Shown one piece after another: positions 30,927 to 41,568 of a DNA stretch of 64,000 bases. Both the position numbers and the translations under genes were made by a program. The notes beneath the pieces are model-generated. The model worked only from the letters and a program-made list of their open reading frames with translations, searched no databases and was not told where the DNA came from. The stretch covers positions 576,001 through 640,000 of the forward strand of contig CBDAOY010000006.1 of NCBI GenBank assembly GCA_965198225.1. Reading direction: 5' to 3'. Within the stretch, counting starts at the first letter, position 1, and each line of letters starts with the position of its first letter. This DNA is from Terriglobia bacterium (GTDB lineage: Bacteria; Acidobacteriota; Terriglobia; 20CM-2-55-15).

Positions 30927-33251
30927 ATGAAGAGTGTCATGAGGGGTAGAAGTGCGCTGAGTTTGGTTCTAGCCACAATCGTCACCGCTGGAATTCATTT
31001 TGTGCTCGCCGGTGGGGTGGCGCTCGGGCAATCCCAGGAATTCGACCTCCACGAAGCGACGATCAAAGACATCCACGACGCTATCCAGTCAGGCCAAGTC
31101 ACTTGCCAGGGAGTCGTGCAGGCGTATATCAATCGCGCGAAGGCCTATAACGGCGTCTGCACGCAGCTCCTCACCGAAGACGGAGCACCGACTCGTCCGC
31201 CTTCCGGTTATGTTCGAGCGGGTTCGCCGCTAGTGTTTCCGACTGAGACTCGCTCTGTATCGAGCTTCCTACCGGACTTTGATCAGTATCAAGGTCTGCC
31301 ACTCGACCTTGGCAGAATGGAGCCGACCGCGTCGGACCCAAGCGTAGAGCAACAGTACGGCATGATTTCGGGTGTGCCGAATGCGGGCCAGCTCAACGCA
31401 CTTGAAACGGTAAACATACGTGGCGAGCGATCTGTCACATGCAAAGCCGAGTGTGACATGCATCCATCATCGGGCGGTCTTCCGGGATCGTGCCCGGCCG
31501 TCTGCGAAGAGTTTCGGCGGCAACCGGACGCCCTGGAGCGAGCTGCCGAATTGGATGCGCAATACGGTAGGAGTCCGGACCTCGGCCAGCTGCCGCTCTA
31601 CTGCACTACTTTCTCGGTCAAGGATTGGTATGACATCAAGGACATGCGCTCGACAGGTGGGAACGACGTCGCCTTTGCCATGGATGTCCCCCGGAAGGAT
31701 TCGAAAATTGTGGCGGACCTTCGTGATAAAGGGGCGATCATCTACGCCGTATCCATCGCCAACGAACTTCGCTATGGCGCGGATGGCCCTGCTGAACCAA
31801 TAAGGTCTTATGTCGGCGAAAGCGGCCTCATCAGGAGTAGTTGGGGCGGCCATGTTTGCAACCCTTATGATACCGAGCGCTCTGCCGGACCTTCCAGCGG
31901 TGGCGCGGGTACGTCGGTATCTGCCAATTTGGTGACCTGCGCCATCTGTGAAACGACCGGCGGTTCCTGTCGCGAGCCCGCCGATCAGAATGCGGTACCG
32001 AGCTTCGTGACCACCAAAGGGTTGACTTCGGAGAGCGGCACGGCGACCGCGCAGTTCATCAATCACCGCCCAGGTGTCATTTGTCGCACCCTCGCGGATG
32101 CCGCCCATGTTCTCGATGCCATAAGAAATCCGGAGCGCGGTTACTTCGATTCAAGAGACATGTTCACGGCGATTCCGAAAACCTTCCTATCGAATGAACC
32201 ATACGCCCTTTCTATTGTCGATGAAGAGGACCTGGAGGGAGAGGAGCGGCCTCTCGAAGGAATGCGTATCGGCATTGTCCGGGAATACATGGTAAAGCAC
32301 ACGCTTAACGACGTCGCGATCAGCGATCAAATCGACAATGAATTCAAGAAAGTTCTACGCGATGAGCTGGGAGCAGAGATCGTTGAATCGGTCGATCCAA
32401 AGTATCCCGACGATCCGACCGTGCCGAATCTGCAGTACACCTTCCAGGATGCTTTCCGGGAGATCATCGCATTCAATGCGCCTGAGTATTTCTTTCAAAC
32501 TACGGATGGCGATCTGGAGTTTGCCGTCCCCGGCCATGACGTGAGCACGAGGGATTACATGGTTCAATTGGCGCTCGGCGAGGTGCCATTATCGGACAAG
32601 TTGAATATGCGCCGCATCCTCTCCGGCTTCGACAATACTCAGCGCACTGCATTCAGCGTGGACAAATATCTGCGTGAAAGAGGCGATACCAAAGTAACGG
32701 ATTGGGCGAGTTATGTCGCCAACTCGAAATGGCGATCTGAATCACAAGCAGTCGGAGCCCAGAATGCGGCGGAGCGGAATGTGCAAGACATTCGCGCAAC
32801 ACGAGGGATCGACCGTGTAAAAATGCAGTCCGTATTCAGGCTTGCGGTTCTCAAGGTGATGCACGAAAACGATATCGACGTGTTCGTGCATCCGAACGTC
32901 GGCGTCCCTCAATGGAAGATCGGGATCGATCGTGAACCTACGGTCGACAACCGAAGGGCCGCCGGACCCGCGATCACCGACCTGTTGGGAGTTCCTGAGA
33001 TTATCGTTCCGGCCGGCTATAACCAAATCGTCTACGAGCCGCGCTATGTTTTAAGCGAAGACAAGAGGAGCTACTCATTGGTCACCGGCACGGTCGAGTC
33101 GACGCTCCCTCATCCAATGCCGATCAGCATTAACTTCTGGGCCGGTCCGGGCGACGAGGCAACGGTTTTGAAGGCCGCTTCGGCCTATGAAGCTGCGACC
33201 AAACACCGGGTCCCGCCGCCGGCGTTTGGACCACTCCCAGACGAGCCTTGA
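30927..33251 (+). CDS. Secreted amidase-signature family protein
   Basis: LHEATI, SVKD (Lys), NPYDTERSAGPSSGG, ETTGGSCREP; signal peptide. Confidence 0.85.
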   Translation: MKSVMRGRSALSLVLATIVTAGIHFVLAGGVALGQSQEFDLHEATIKDIHDAIQSGQVTCQGVVQAYINRAKAYNGVCTQLLTEDGAPTRPPSGYVRAGSPLVFPTETRSVSSFLPDFDQYQGLPLDLGRMEPTASDPSVEQQYGMISGVPNAGQLNALETVNIRGERSVTCKAECDMHPSSGGLPGSCPAVCEEFRRQPDALERAAELDAQYGRSPDLGQLPLYCTTFSVKDWYDIKDMRSTGGNDVAFAMDVPRKDSKIVADLRDKGAIIYAVSIANELRYGADGPAEPIRSYVGESGLIRSSWGGHVCNPYDTERSAGPSSGGAGTSVSANLVTCAICETTGGSCREPADQNAVPSFVTTKGLTSESGTATAQFINHRPGVICRTLADAAHVLDAIRNPERGYFDSRDMFTAIPKTFLSNEPYALSIVDEEDLEGEERPLEGMRIGIVREYMVKHTLNDVAISDQIDNEFKKVLRDELGAEIVESVDPKYPDDPTVPNLQYTFQDAFREIIAFNAPEYFFQTTDGDLEFAVPGHDVSTRDYMVQLALGEVPLSDKLNMRRILSGFDNTQRTAFSVDKYLRERGDTKVTDWASYVANSKWRSESQAVGAQNAAERNVQDIRATRGIDRVKMQSVFRLAVLKVMHENDIDVFVHPNVGVPQWKIGIDREPTVDNRRAAGPAITDLLGVPEIIVPAGYNQIVYEPRYVLSEDKRSYSLVTGTVESTLPHPMPISINFWAGPGDEATVLKAASAYEAATKHRVPPPAFGPLPDEP

Positions 33252-33387
33252 TCATCAAGGGAGACGCGATCGAAATCGTAAGCAACTTGCTCGTACGGAG
33301 TCAGCGCATCTTTCTTCCTTTTGAATCATGATTTTGCGAATGGCGCCACGACTTGCACGCCGTCTCACTTGGGTTCACCTTTCCGTG

Positions 33388-33425
33388 TAGTGACCTGTTA
33401 CAGGTCACTAGCTAGCTATAGCTAG
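33388..33425. repeat. Palindrome of fused MITE termini followed by a CTAG run
   Basis: tagtgacctgt-t-acaggtcacta, then gctagctatagctag; same terminal sequence as the 28.1-28.4 kb element. Confidence 0.8.
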
Positions 33426-33518
33426 GCGGCACGACTATACGTCCACGTGGATTGAAACAGTCTGGCGAATCGGAGAGTCTGCGGCGGGTCAATGGTTGTC
33501 AGGCTTCGATCTGAGCGG

Positions 33519-34892
33519 TCAGCGACCTTGGCGGTGGAGAACCGTTGAATCGCCGAGCGGCGGGTACATCGCAGGCGGTCGGTCGAAGTCGACCCACTCG
33601 ACGTCGGCCCAAAGCACGTACTCGGGGCGCTCACTGGGGTCGACGAAGATCAGCATTCCGGCATTCCCCTCGCCGAGGTCGCCGGTGCGTTCGAGTTGCA
33701 GCTCCTCGCCGCTATGGAGGATCACCCTGGCACGCTGGGCGCCGCGCTCTTCGCGGCCGGAGGGGAAGATCGAGGCGATCAGGCCGAAGGGGATGGTGTA
33801 ATTCACGCCCTCGGATGGGGCGTCGAGCGTCTCGGTGGTCTCGCTCTCGTCGAGGTCGTAGACCAGCCGGCCGGCGAGGCGGCGGCCGGCGCGGGTGGTG
33901 ACGCTGCCCGTGAGCGGGCGCCCCGGCGGGAAGTCGCCGAAGGCGGGGCCGCTGCCGCCGGGACTGAAGTCGACGCGTTCGAAGGCGTCCCAGGAAATCA
34001 GCACCCGGCCGTAGCGTCTGTCGTCGACGTAGATCCCGAGGTTGCCCTGCCCGACTTCGCGGGTGCCGGAGAGGACGATCTCGCGGCCGTCGAGGAGCGT
34101 CACGAGGGAGCTGTCGCGCGAGTTGCGCGCGATGGCGCCGATGATGTCGAAACGAAGGTTGAGCTCACCGTCGGCGGTGTAGCCGTCGAGCTCGTCCGTA
34201 CCGACGCACTCGTTCCGGTTCCACTGGACAAATCCGGTGAAGTCGCCCCCCCGCGTGCGCACCGTACCGTGCAGCCGGTCGGGGGCGGCGTCCAGTCGGG
34301 CGGTGGGGAGTAGCTCGATGCTGCGGATCCGCCACTCGTCGAAGTCCACAACGCCGCGCCTGGGGTCCCACACTCGCACGCCGTCGGCGAGGTCGTCGGA
34401 GGAGAAGCGGTCGAGGTCGAACACGGTTCCGCTCTTGAGAGTCACCCGGAAGTCGCGGCCGCGCGCCTCGATGCGCGCGATGTCGCCGAAGCGCCCCATG
34501 AAGGGCCGGCCGAGGTCTATCTGGCGCTCCTGGCTGACGATCTGGACCCCGAAGATCTTGATCGAGCGGCGCTCCTTGAGCTGCTCGGGCGGCGCGTGGG
34601 GGACCCAGGGATTCTCGTCCTTGAAGCCGTTGAAATAGTCGCCCCAGAACGCCTCCTCGTCGCCCCCCCAGCGCAGCCGCCCCTGGTAGGTGGCGCCGTC
34701 ATCGGTGGTGATGCGGCCGTAGAGGAAGCCCTGCTGGGCCTCCGAGGCCGCCGCCGCGGTCGGGGGGAGGGCCGCGGGCACGGTGGCCACCCCGGGGTCG
34801 ACGTCCTGCTCGCGGTCCCGGCGGCCGGTGGCCAGGACGAGGAGGACGAGCACGATGGCGAGGGCCCCCCCGGCGATCGTGGCTCTCTTCAT
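33519..34892 (-). CDS. Membrane-anchored hypothetical protein with three internal repeats
   Basis: N-terminal TM helix; repeats LYGRITTDDG.TYQGRLRW, LHGTVRTRGG.FTGFVQW, LTGSVTTRAGRRLAGRLVY; ggaggg RBS. Confidence 0.7.
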   Translation of the reverse strand: MKRATIAGGALAIVLVLLVLATGRRDREQDVDPGVATVPAALPPTAAAASEAQQGFLYGRITTDDGATYQGRLRWGGDEEAFWGDYFNGFKDENPWVPHAPPEQLKERRSIKIFGVQIVSQERQIDLGRPFMGRFGDIARIEARGRDFRVTLKSGTVFDLDRFSSDDLADGVRVWDPRRGVVDFDEWRIRSIELLPTARLDAAPDRLHGTVRTRGGDFTGFVQWNRNECVGTDELDGYTADGELNLRFDIIGAIARNSRDSSLVTLLDGREIVLSGTREVGQGNLGIYVDDRRYGRVLISWDAFERVDFSPGGSGPAFGDFPPGRPLTGSVTTRAGRRLAGRLVYDLDESETTETLDAPSEGVNYTIPFGLIASIFPSGREERGAQRARVILHSGEELQLERTGDLGEGNAGMLIFVDPSERPEYVLWADVEWVDFDRPPAMYPPLGDSTVLHRQGR

Positions 34893-35034
34893 GGTCAGTC
34901 AGCCCTCCCGCAGAAGACACGAGTCTCCTGCCGTGTTGTCGGCATACCTCCCTAACGCTCGGGGCGGCGGAAGATTACGCTGGGATGGCCAACTTCGCCA
35001 TCTCGGCTGACGTTCCAACCCGCATGATGGCTGT

Positions 35035-36441
35035 TCACTGGAGTTCTTGTCCGATCGCGACCAGGTTCGCGCTCGTGCGGAAGTAGAGAACCCCCTGCGA
35101 AATCGCCGGAGTTGCAAAGCACGGGCCGCCAATGCTGTTTCGTGCGAGCAGCTTGAAAACCGGACCGGCCTCGAGCACGTACACGTAGCCGTTTTCAGAT
35201 GCGCAGAACACCTTGCCGTCCGCCGCCACCAGCGACGAGACGATCGCCGCGCCCGGGTCCAGTCGCTTCTCGTACATCCGTTCTCCCGACTTTGCGTCGA
35301 AGCATCTCACGACACCGGTTTCGTAGCCGAAGTAGATGTAGTCGCCGTATACGACCGGTGTCGAAAGGTAGGAGCCGCCCCGCGTCGCGTGCCACAGGAT
35401 CGAATTCGATATCCTGGCCCGCGGCGTCGGTGTAATGTCCCCGTGCGCGTCGGGATGCACGACGAATATGGGCGATGAGCTTCCGTGCGAGCTGGTAATG
35501 TAGATCCAACCGTTCGCCACAAACGGGGTCGGCACAGGATTGTCGCCCCCACCTCGAAGGCGCCAGAGCTCCTGGCCCGTCTCCAGATCGTAGGACACGA
35601 TCCACGGCCAGCCATTTGCGACCACCTGGGTCCTGCCCGGGCCGGCATGAATCAGGGGAGTGCTCCAGCTTCCCCGCTCGCACACGCCCTTTCGGGACGC
35701 TCTCCAAAGCTCCTTACCGTCGGACAGGCGCAGGACGACCAGAAAGGGATCATCCGGATCGTCACACACTAAAGCAACACGATCGTTGTGAATCACGGGC
35801 GAGCTACCGTATCCCCGCCCGACACCGAATACCGTAATGTCGATGACTCCGAGATCGCGGCTCCACAACAGGCGGCCATCCAGATCGTAGCAATACAACC
35901 CTTCCGATCCGAAGAAGGCGACCAGTCGCCGTCCGTCGGTCGCCAGGCTCGTATTGGCGTGGGTCGCCTTCGCGTGGCGGTTTGCGCGTGGTCGTCCGAC
36001 TCGCGCCGACTGTCGCCAGATCTCCCGGCCGGACTTCTTGTCATAGCAAAGCACCACCCAGCTCTGCTCGCCCCTGTCGTCGGCGGCCTCGTTGCTACCT
36101 GTCCAATCCCGACGGTTCACTCCGGCATCACCACCAAGCCTGAGCGGGACCCGGCCGTCCTTGGCGATGGCTGTTAGAAGGAATATCCGCTCGCCCCACA
36201 ACACGGGGCTGGAGTGGCCGAGTCCCGGGATCGGCGACTGCCAGCGAACTCCGGCCACTTCACCGGCCGTTTCATCGACATCCCATGATGTGCGGACTGG
36301 AAACCCGTCCGCCACACCCCGCCCGTTCGGGCCCCGGAATGACGGCCAGTTCTGAATGTCCTCGGTCTCTTGAGCCAAGAGCGGAAGGGCGGCGACGCCC
36401 TGCAGGAATCGTCGTCGGGACAGAAGCATGCGCTCCTCCAC
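35035..36441 (-). CDS. PQQ-like beta-propeller protein, Tat signal
   Basis: LSRRRFL, NWPSFRGP, PGLGHSSP, FFGSEGLYCYDLDGRLLW, ATPAIS. Confidence 0.88.
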   Translation of the reverse strand: MEERMLLSRRRFLQGVAALPLLAQETEDIQNWPSFRGPNGRGVADGFPVRTSWDVDETAGEVAGVRWQSPIPGLGHSSPVLWGERIFLLTAIAKDGRVPLRLGGDAGVNRRDWTGSNEAADDRGEQSWVVLCYDKKSGREIWRQSARVGRPRANRHAKATHANTSLATDGRRLVAFFGSEGLYCYDLDGRLLWSRDLGVIDITVFGVGRGYGSSPVIHNDRVALVCDDPDDPFLVVLRLSDGKELWRASRKGVCERGSWSTPLIHAGPGRTQVVANGWPWIVSYDLETGQELWRLRGGGDNPVPTPFVANGWIYITSSHGSSSPIFVVHPDAHGDITPTPRARISNSILWHATRGGSYLSTPVVYGDYIYFGYETGVVRCFDAKSGERMYEKRLDPGAAIVSSLVAADGKVFCASENGYVYVLEAGPVFKLLARNSIGGPCFATPAISQGVLYFRTSANLVAIGQELQ

Positions 36442-36563
36442 GGTCAGAATGCCAGACGCATGTTACTGGTGAGCGCGTTTTCGTTCAATCACAGTCTGAA
36501 CCCCAGCTGTCCCCAACGGAGACGTCTACCCGGGCTTAGTACAAATTCAACCACCGATCTTGC

Positions 36564-38182
36564 TCATCGGGCGATCAGCATCGTGACCCGATGCGGCTCG
36601 GTGGTGGACGGGTGATGCATGAGGACGTCCTGCCTGCCGTCCTTGTTGAGGTCCGCGAGCCAGGTGTATTCCTCGCGGGGCATGGCGACCGCCACTTTTT
36701 GAGGCCGCCTGGCGAACAGGTCCGGCCCCGGCACGCCGAGAAAGACGCGCAGTTCTTTCCGGCCGCTCCCCACCAACAGGTCCGGGCGTCTGTCGCCGTT
36801 CACATCCCCGATCAGCACTGACGGCAAGAGCGCGGCTCTCTCACCTGACTTTCCGAGAGAGTCCGTCTTGATTTTGCGGGTGGCGTTGGTCTTGTCGGGG
36901 TAGATGCCGCCTTCCATGCGGTAGAACTCGACATCCAGCGATACCGAACGAGTCAGAAGCGCGCCGATAATCATGCGGATGGTCTTAAAGATCCCGATCT
37001 TGATGGTTGTGAACATCATGTCGACCTGGCCGTCGTGGTCGAAGTCGTGCTGACCCATCCCGAACGGGAGGCCGTTCGACTGGATCGCGGTGGCGACGTC
37101 CGGCGCGAACTCGGTGCCGCCGTCGGGTGTTGGCGTGCCGAAATGCACCTCGTAGGTGGAGCGCGCGCTCCACATGCTCACGATCTCCAGCGAGAAAATC
37201 ACGAGGTCGGCGACGCCGTCGCCGTTCATGTCGGTTAGCGAGTGCAGCACCCTCCCCGTCATGTCTCCGGTCGGTTGGTGATCTTTACGCCGGCGGCGAA
37301 CCCCCAGCGGAGCGGCGAGCGAGGCGAGTTCGTCGGAGTCGAATGCCACATCGGTAGTGAAGGTCTTGGCCGCCGGCACAAACAGCCCATGCTCGTCCTG
37401 GTGATGAACCTCGAAGTGATCCTCGTTCCAGAACACCAGGTCACTGCGACCATCCCGGTTATAGTCCATCTCATGGACACCGCCCTGATCCCAGGGGTTG
37501 TGTCGATATCCGTCGATTCCGACGGTCGTACGCCTGGAGGGGCCGATCTTCACCGGATCGGCGAACGCGCCATCGCTCGTCTGAACGAACACCCAGAAGC
37601 CATCGACGTCCGGCACCACCAGGTCGTCGCGCTCGTCGTGGTTCACGTCCCGAGTGATATCTACATGGGAGATTCCGTCTCGGGGAGGTGGGTTGAAGTT
37701 GGAAGTCACCGCCACCAGCGCGCGTTGGGTCGCCGTTTCGGGATCGAACCAGTTCAAGCGGCCGGACTCGTAGGTGACCAACCGTCGCGGCCGCCAATGT
37801 TGGCGACGTCGATGAACAACACTTCGAGACCGAGCGTTCGTTCGAGTGCCGGCACCCACGTGCCGTCGTCGAAAACGTAGATGCGCAAGCGGCGGTCGTC
37901 GTTCTCGTCGATGTTCAACACGGCAAGGTCCGCGAAGGCACCACCGAGAAGGAATCCCGTCAGAACGGTCTGGTGTTTCGCGGAGCCGATGACGACCTCG
38001 TACTGTTCGAAAGTGAATTCCGGGACCCCAGGCGGGTCCATCACATTCGTCCGCGCTGACATGCATCCAGAGAGGAACACTCCAACAACCAGTGTGGAGA
38101 ACAGGCTTCGTCGATATGTAGGAATAACCTGATTGATCCTGATGGCACGATCCCAGAGAGCTGGTCGATCCGTCATGTCCAT
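36564..38182 (-). pseudogene. FG-GAP/VCBS-repeat protein paralog with 1-bp frameshift at ~37784
   Basis: Close paralog of 1445..3115; reads ccaaccgtcgcg where the intact copy has ccaaccggtcgcg. Confidence 0.85.
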
Positions 38183-38372
38183 CACCTCACCCCCGCACTC
38201 TACGCTTTGGCCGCGGGAGCAGAGCCCCGACTATTCCAGTTTTTCGACTGTCACAAACGGGTCGGGATTATTGGGAGGCCGCGGAAATGACGCTCCAATG
38301 GATCTGGCCGACGGCCGGAGAGATCGCCCATGAAGATCTGGCTGTGGCGTCGATAGAATGATTCGTCTCCGT

Positions 38373-38470
38373 CTTAGACCAAAAGGGCACTACGCCTCCT
38401 TGCTGTTTTATCTGGTGCGTCTCGCCTGTTGGAGGAAACGGCCGCACGTGAATCTGGCCCTCAGCCTCGC
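38373..38470 (-). pseudogene. Internal remnant of a kinase beta-propeller domain
   Basis: EGQIHVRPFPPTGETHQIKQQGGVVPFWS parallels EIFVQPYPST..KISSEGGTDPVWA of the intact kinase. Confidence 0.55.
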
Positions 38471-38590
38471 CTGCCTGACCAAGGTCGTAGCCAGTGAAGA
38501 TCCGGCGGTCATGATGAAACTCTGGCCGATCGTCAAAACAAACGGGGATCGTCAGGGCCGGGGGCAAGCGGCACGGCGGAGGGTGATTTT

Positions 38591-38644
38591 CCTTGGCGGC
38601 CGTCCCTGAGATCCGCCTATAATCCGCTGGCGTGACTCTGAGAG
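38591..38644 (+). promoter_or_regulatory. Second copy of the S9-peptidase upstream promoter block
   Basis: Near-identical to 25775-25828; contains TATAAT at 38618-38623. Confidence 0.6.
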
Positions 38645-38964
38645 GTCAATACATCAGACCGTTAGTCGAAGTTCGACAACCTTGGCCGATCGTCGCGAAG
38701 GGAGGGCCGATGATTTTCCTATCCACCCGCTGGATTCAACTTCAGCCATGTCGTCGCCACGGACGTCTTCATCACGGAGGTCGACCAGTTCGGTGCGATG
38801 AACTCCGCCTACCGACCTCGATTTCAGAACGACCCGCCCGTACGAGCCACCGTCGGGGTCGACCGGCTGGCGAACGGCAACGAGCTCGCCAAAATCATGC
38901 TCGTGCGAGGAACGAGCGACGTTCCCCAGAGCTCGACTTCTTCGGCCTGGCCGGAAAGGACGCC

Positions 38965-41568
38965 ATGACTCGGTACGCCCGTTTCCTCATCCTCCTGCTA
39001 GCCGTGAGTGCGTTTCCGCTGAATCTCGAAGCCCAGGAAAGAACGGGTCAGGCCTTGACTCAGGCCGCTGGTCCCGTCACGACTGCGAACTACGATCTGG
39101 CTGGGCGCTTCGCTCCATACAAGATCGACCGCCTCATCTACAGCACGGCGGTTGAGCCGCACTGGATCGACGGCAGTGATCGGTTCTGGTACGAGTGGGA
39201 GACCTCGGCCGGTAAGAGCTACTACCTCGTCGACCCGGCACGCGGCACGAAGGCCGCCATCTTCGACAACGACCGAATCGCGGCCGAACTGACTCGCTTG
39301 ACGAAAGATCCATGGGACGGCCAGCACCTGCCGATCCGGAGCATCACGTTCATCGACGCGGACACGCTGCAATTCGAAGTCGAGTCGTCCCAGGATGCGG
39401 AAGAGGAGGAATCCGAGACGGACGAGACTGATCAGGAACAGCAGCAGGAAGAGGATGAAGGGGACGCCGACGAGGAGCGGGCGAAGAAGCATCTGTTCCA
39501 CTTCGAGTACGACATCAACGGCCGGACCCTTCGCCTGCTCGAGGATTGGGAAGAGCCCGACGACCATCCGGACTGGGCGAGCGTGTCACCCGACGGTCAG
39601 ACGGTAGTCTTCGCTCGCAACGACAACCTCTTCATGATGAGTGGGGACTCCTACCAGCAGATCCTCGACGCTCGGCGTGGCAAGGATGGTGATGACGCGG
39701 ACGAGGCGGACCAGGCCGTCGAGGTGGAGGAGATCCAGCTGACGACCGACGGCGAGCAGTACTACAGCTACGCCGACTTCGAGCGGGGCGACACCGACAA
39801 GGAACGGGAGAAGACGAAGGACGAGCGGAAGGAGGTCGCGATCTCGTGGTCGCACGATTCCGGTCGCTTCGCCATCGTCCGGCGTGATCAGCGAGAGACG
39901 GAGGATCTCTGGGTCATCCATTCGGTCGGTAACCGCCGGCCCGAGCTCGAGACGTACCGGTACGACATGGCTGGGGAGGAGAACATCACGCAGAGGGAGC
40001 TGGGCGTCTACGACCTCGCGACACGCCAGATGGTCGCGGTAGACGTGGCCAAGTTCAAGGACCAGAACATTGCGCTTTGGAACGCCCGGAAGTTCGTGTA
40101 TCCGGACCGCCACGAGCCTGAACGAAACCTCTGGCTGTCGGACGACCCGAACGAAGTGCACTTCTGGCGGCAGAGTCGCGATCGACACCGACTCGAGGTC
40201 GCCGTGGCGGACGCAACGACCGGTGAGGTGCGCGTACTCTTCGAGGAAGAGCTCAACACCTACGTGGAGATCCAGCGGCTCGAACGTCTCACTTCGGGCG
40301 ATCTGATCTGGTGGTCGGAGCGGGACGGCTGGTCGCATCTCTACCTCTACGGCTCGGACGGGACCCTCAAGACTCGGTTGACCGAAGGACCCTGGGGTGT
40401 GCGACGGGTCCACGGGATCGACGAAGCGGCCGGGGTCGTGTACTTCTCGGCGAACGCTCGAGAGGCCGCCGAAGACCCCTACTACCAGCATCTGTACAGC
40501 GTGAACCTCGATGGCGACGACCTGAAGCTACTCGATCCCGGAGACTTCGACCATCGAGTCGAGATGGGGGAGTCCAGCCGGTTCTTCGTCGACAACTACT
40601 CCAGGGTGAACACGACGCCGAGCGCGGCGCTGATCGGCGCCGACGGCACGAAGGTGCTCGATCTCGAAGCGGCCGACTTCAGCCAGCTCGAGGCGGCGGG
40701 GTATCAGTTCCCTGAGCCGTACAGCATCAAGGCGGCCGATCGCGTGACCGACCTGTACGGCGTCATGTACAAACCGTTCGACTTCGACCCGTCGAGGAAG
40801 TATCCGATCATCGAATTCGTCTATCCCGGTCCGCAGACCGAATCGGTCTCGAAGTCGTTCTCGACGAATCGCTACGAAACCGCCCTCGCACAGTTCGGCT
40901 TCATCGTCGTGACCATCGGAAACCGCGGCGGACATCCTGCGCGCTCGAAGTGGTACCACAACTACGGCTACGGCAACTTGCGTGATTACGGCCTGGCGGA
41001 CAAGAAGGCGGCCATCGAGCAGCTCGCCGACCGCCACGACTTCATCGACGCGGACCGCGTGGGCATCTATGGACACTCTGGCGGGGGGTTCATGTCGACC
41101 GCCGCGATGCTCGTCTATCCGGACCTTTTCAAGGTTGCTGTGTCGTCGTCCGGGAACCACAACAACGACGTCTACAACACCTTCTGGTCGGAGAAGCACG
41201 ATGGCGTCAAGGAGGTCGTGGGAGAGGACGGCGAGATCAGCTTCGAGTACGACATCGACAAGAACACGGATCTTGCCCAAAACCTCAAGGGGCACCTCCT
41301 GCTGACGACGGGCGACATCGACAACAACGTGCATCCGGTCGGCACGCTAAGGATGGCCGAGGCGCTCATCAAGGCGAACAAGCGCTTCGACTTCTTCATC
41401 TTCCCCGGCGTGCGGCACAGCTACCGGGAGATGGGTGACTACTGGTTCTGGCTCCGGGCGGAGTACTTCGTCGAGCACCTGCTGGGCGACTTGCAATGGG
41501 ATCCGGACATTGCTCAACTCAACTTGATGAAGGGCGATCCGCCGGTCGGGACGAACGGGCCGCGATGA
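38965..41568 (+). CDS. S9B dipeptidyl peptidase IV-like secreted peptidase
   Basis: Signal peptide, WSERDGWSHLYLY, GHSGGG nucleophile motif, GDIDNNVH, RHSY. Confidence 0.92.
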   Translation: MTRYARFLILLLAVSAFPLNLEAQERTGQALTQAAGPVTTANYDLAGRFAPYKIDRLIYSTAVEPHWIDGSDRFWYEWETSAGKSYYLVDPARGTKAAIFDNDRIAAELTRLTKDPWDGQHLPIRSITFIDADTLQFEVESSQDAEEEESETDETDQEQQQEEDEGDADEERAKKHLFHFEYDINGRTLRLLEDWEEPDDHPDWASVSPDGQTVVFARNDNLFMMSGDSYQQILDARRGKDGDDADEADQAVEVEEIQLTTDGEQYYSYADFERGDTDKEREKTKDERKEVAISWSHDSGRFAIVRRDQRETEDLWVIHSVGNRRPELETYRYDMAGEENITQRELGVYDLATRQMVAVDVAKFKDQNIALWNARKFVYPDRHEPERNLWLSDDPNEVHFWRQSRDRHRLEVAVADATTGEVRVLFEEELNTYVEIQRLERLTSGDLIWWSERDGWSHLYLYGSDGTLKTRLTEGPWGVRRVHGIDEAAGVVYFSANAREAAEDPYYQHLYSVNLDGDDLKLLDPGDFDHRVEMGESSRFFVDNYSRVNTTPSAALIGADGTKVLDLEAADFSQLEAAGYQFPEPYSIKAADRVTDLYGVMYKPFDFDPSRKYPIIEFVYPGPQTESVSKSFSTNRYETALAQFGFIVVTIGNRGGHPARSKWYHNYGYGNLRDYGLADKKAAIEQLADRHDFIDADRVGIYGHSGGGFMSTAAMLVYPDLFKVAVSSSGNHNNDVYNTFWSEKHDGVKEVVGEDGEISFEYDIDKNTDLAQNLKGHLLLTTGDIDNNVHPVGTLRMAEALIKANKRFDFFIFPGVRHSYREMGDYWFWLRAEYFVEHLLGDLQWDPDIAQLNLMKGDPPVGTNGPR

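Noticed and set aside
38632-38964. 111-aa N-terminal extension of the DPP IV-like peptidase
   Set aside because: Low-complexity Arg-rich sequence; the RBS and signal peptide support the ATG at 38965.
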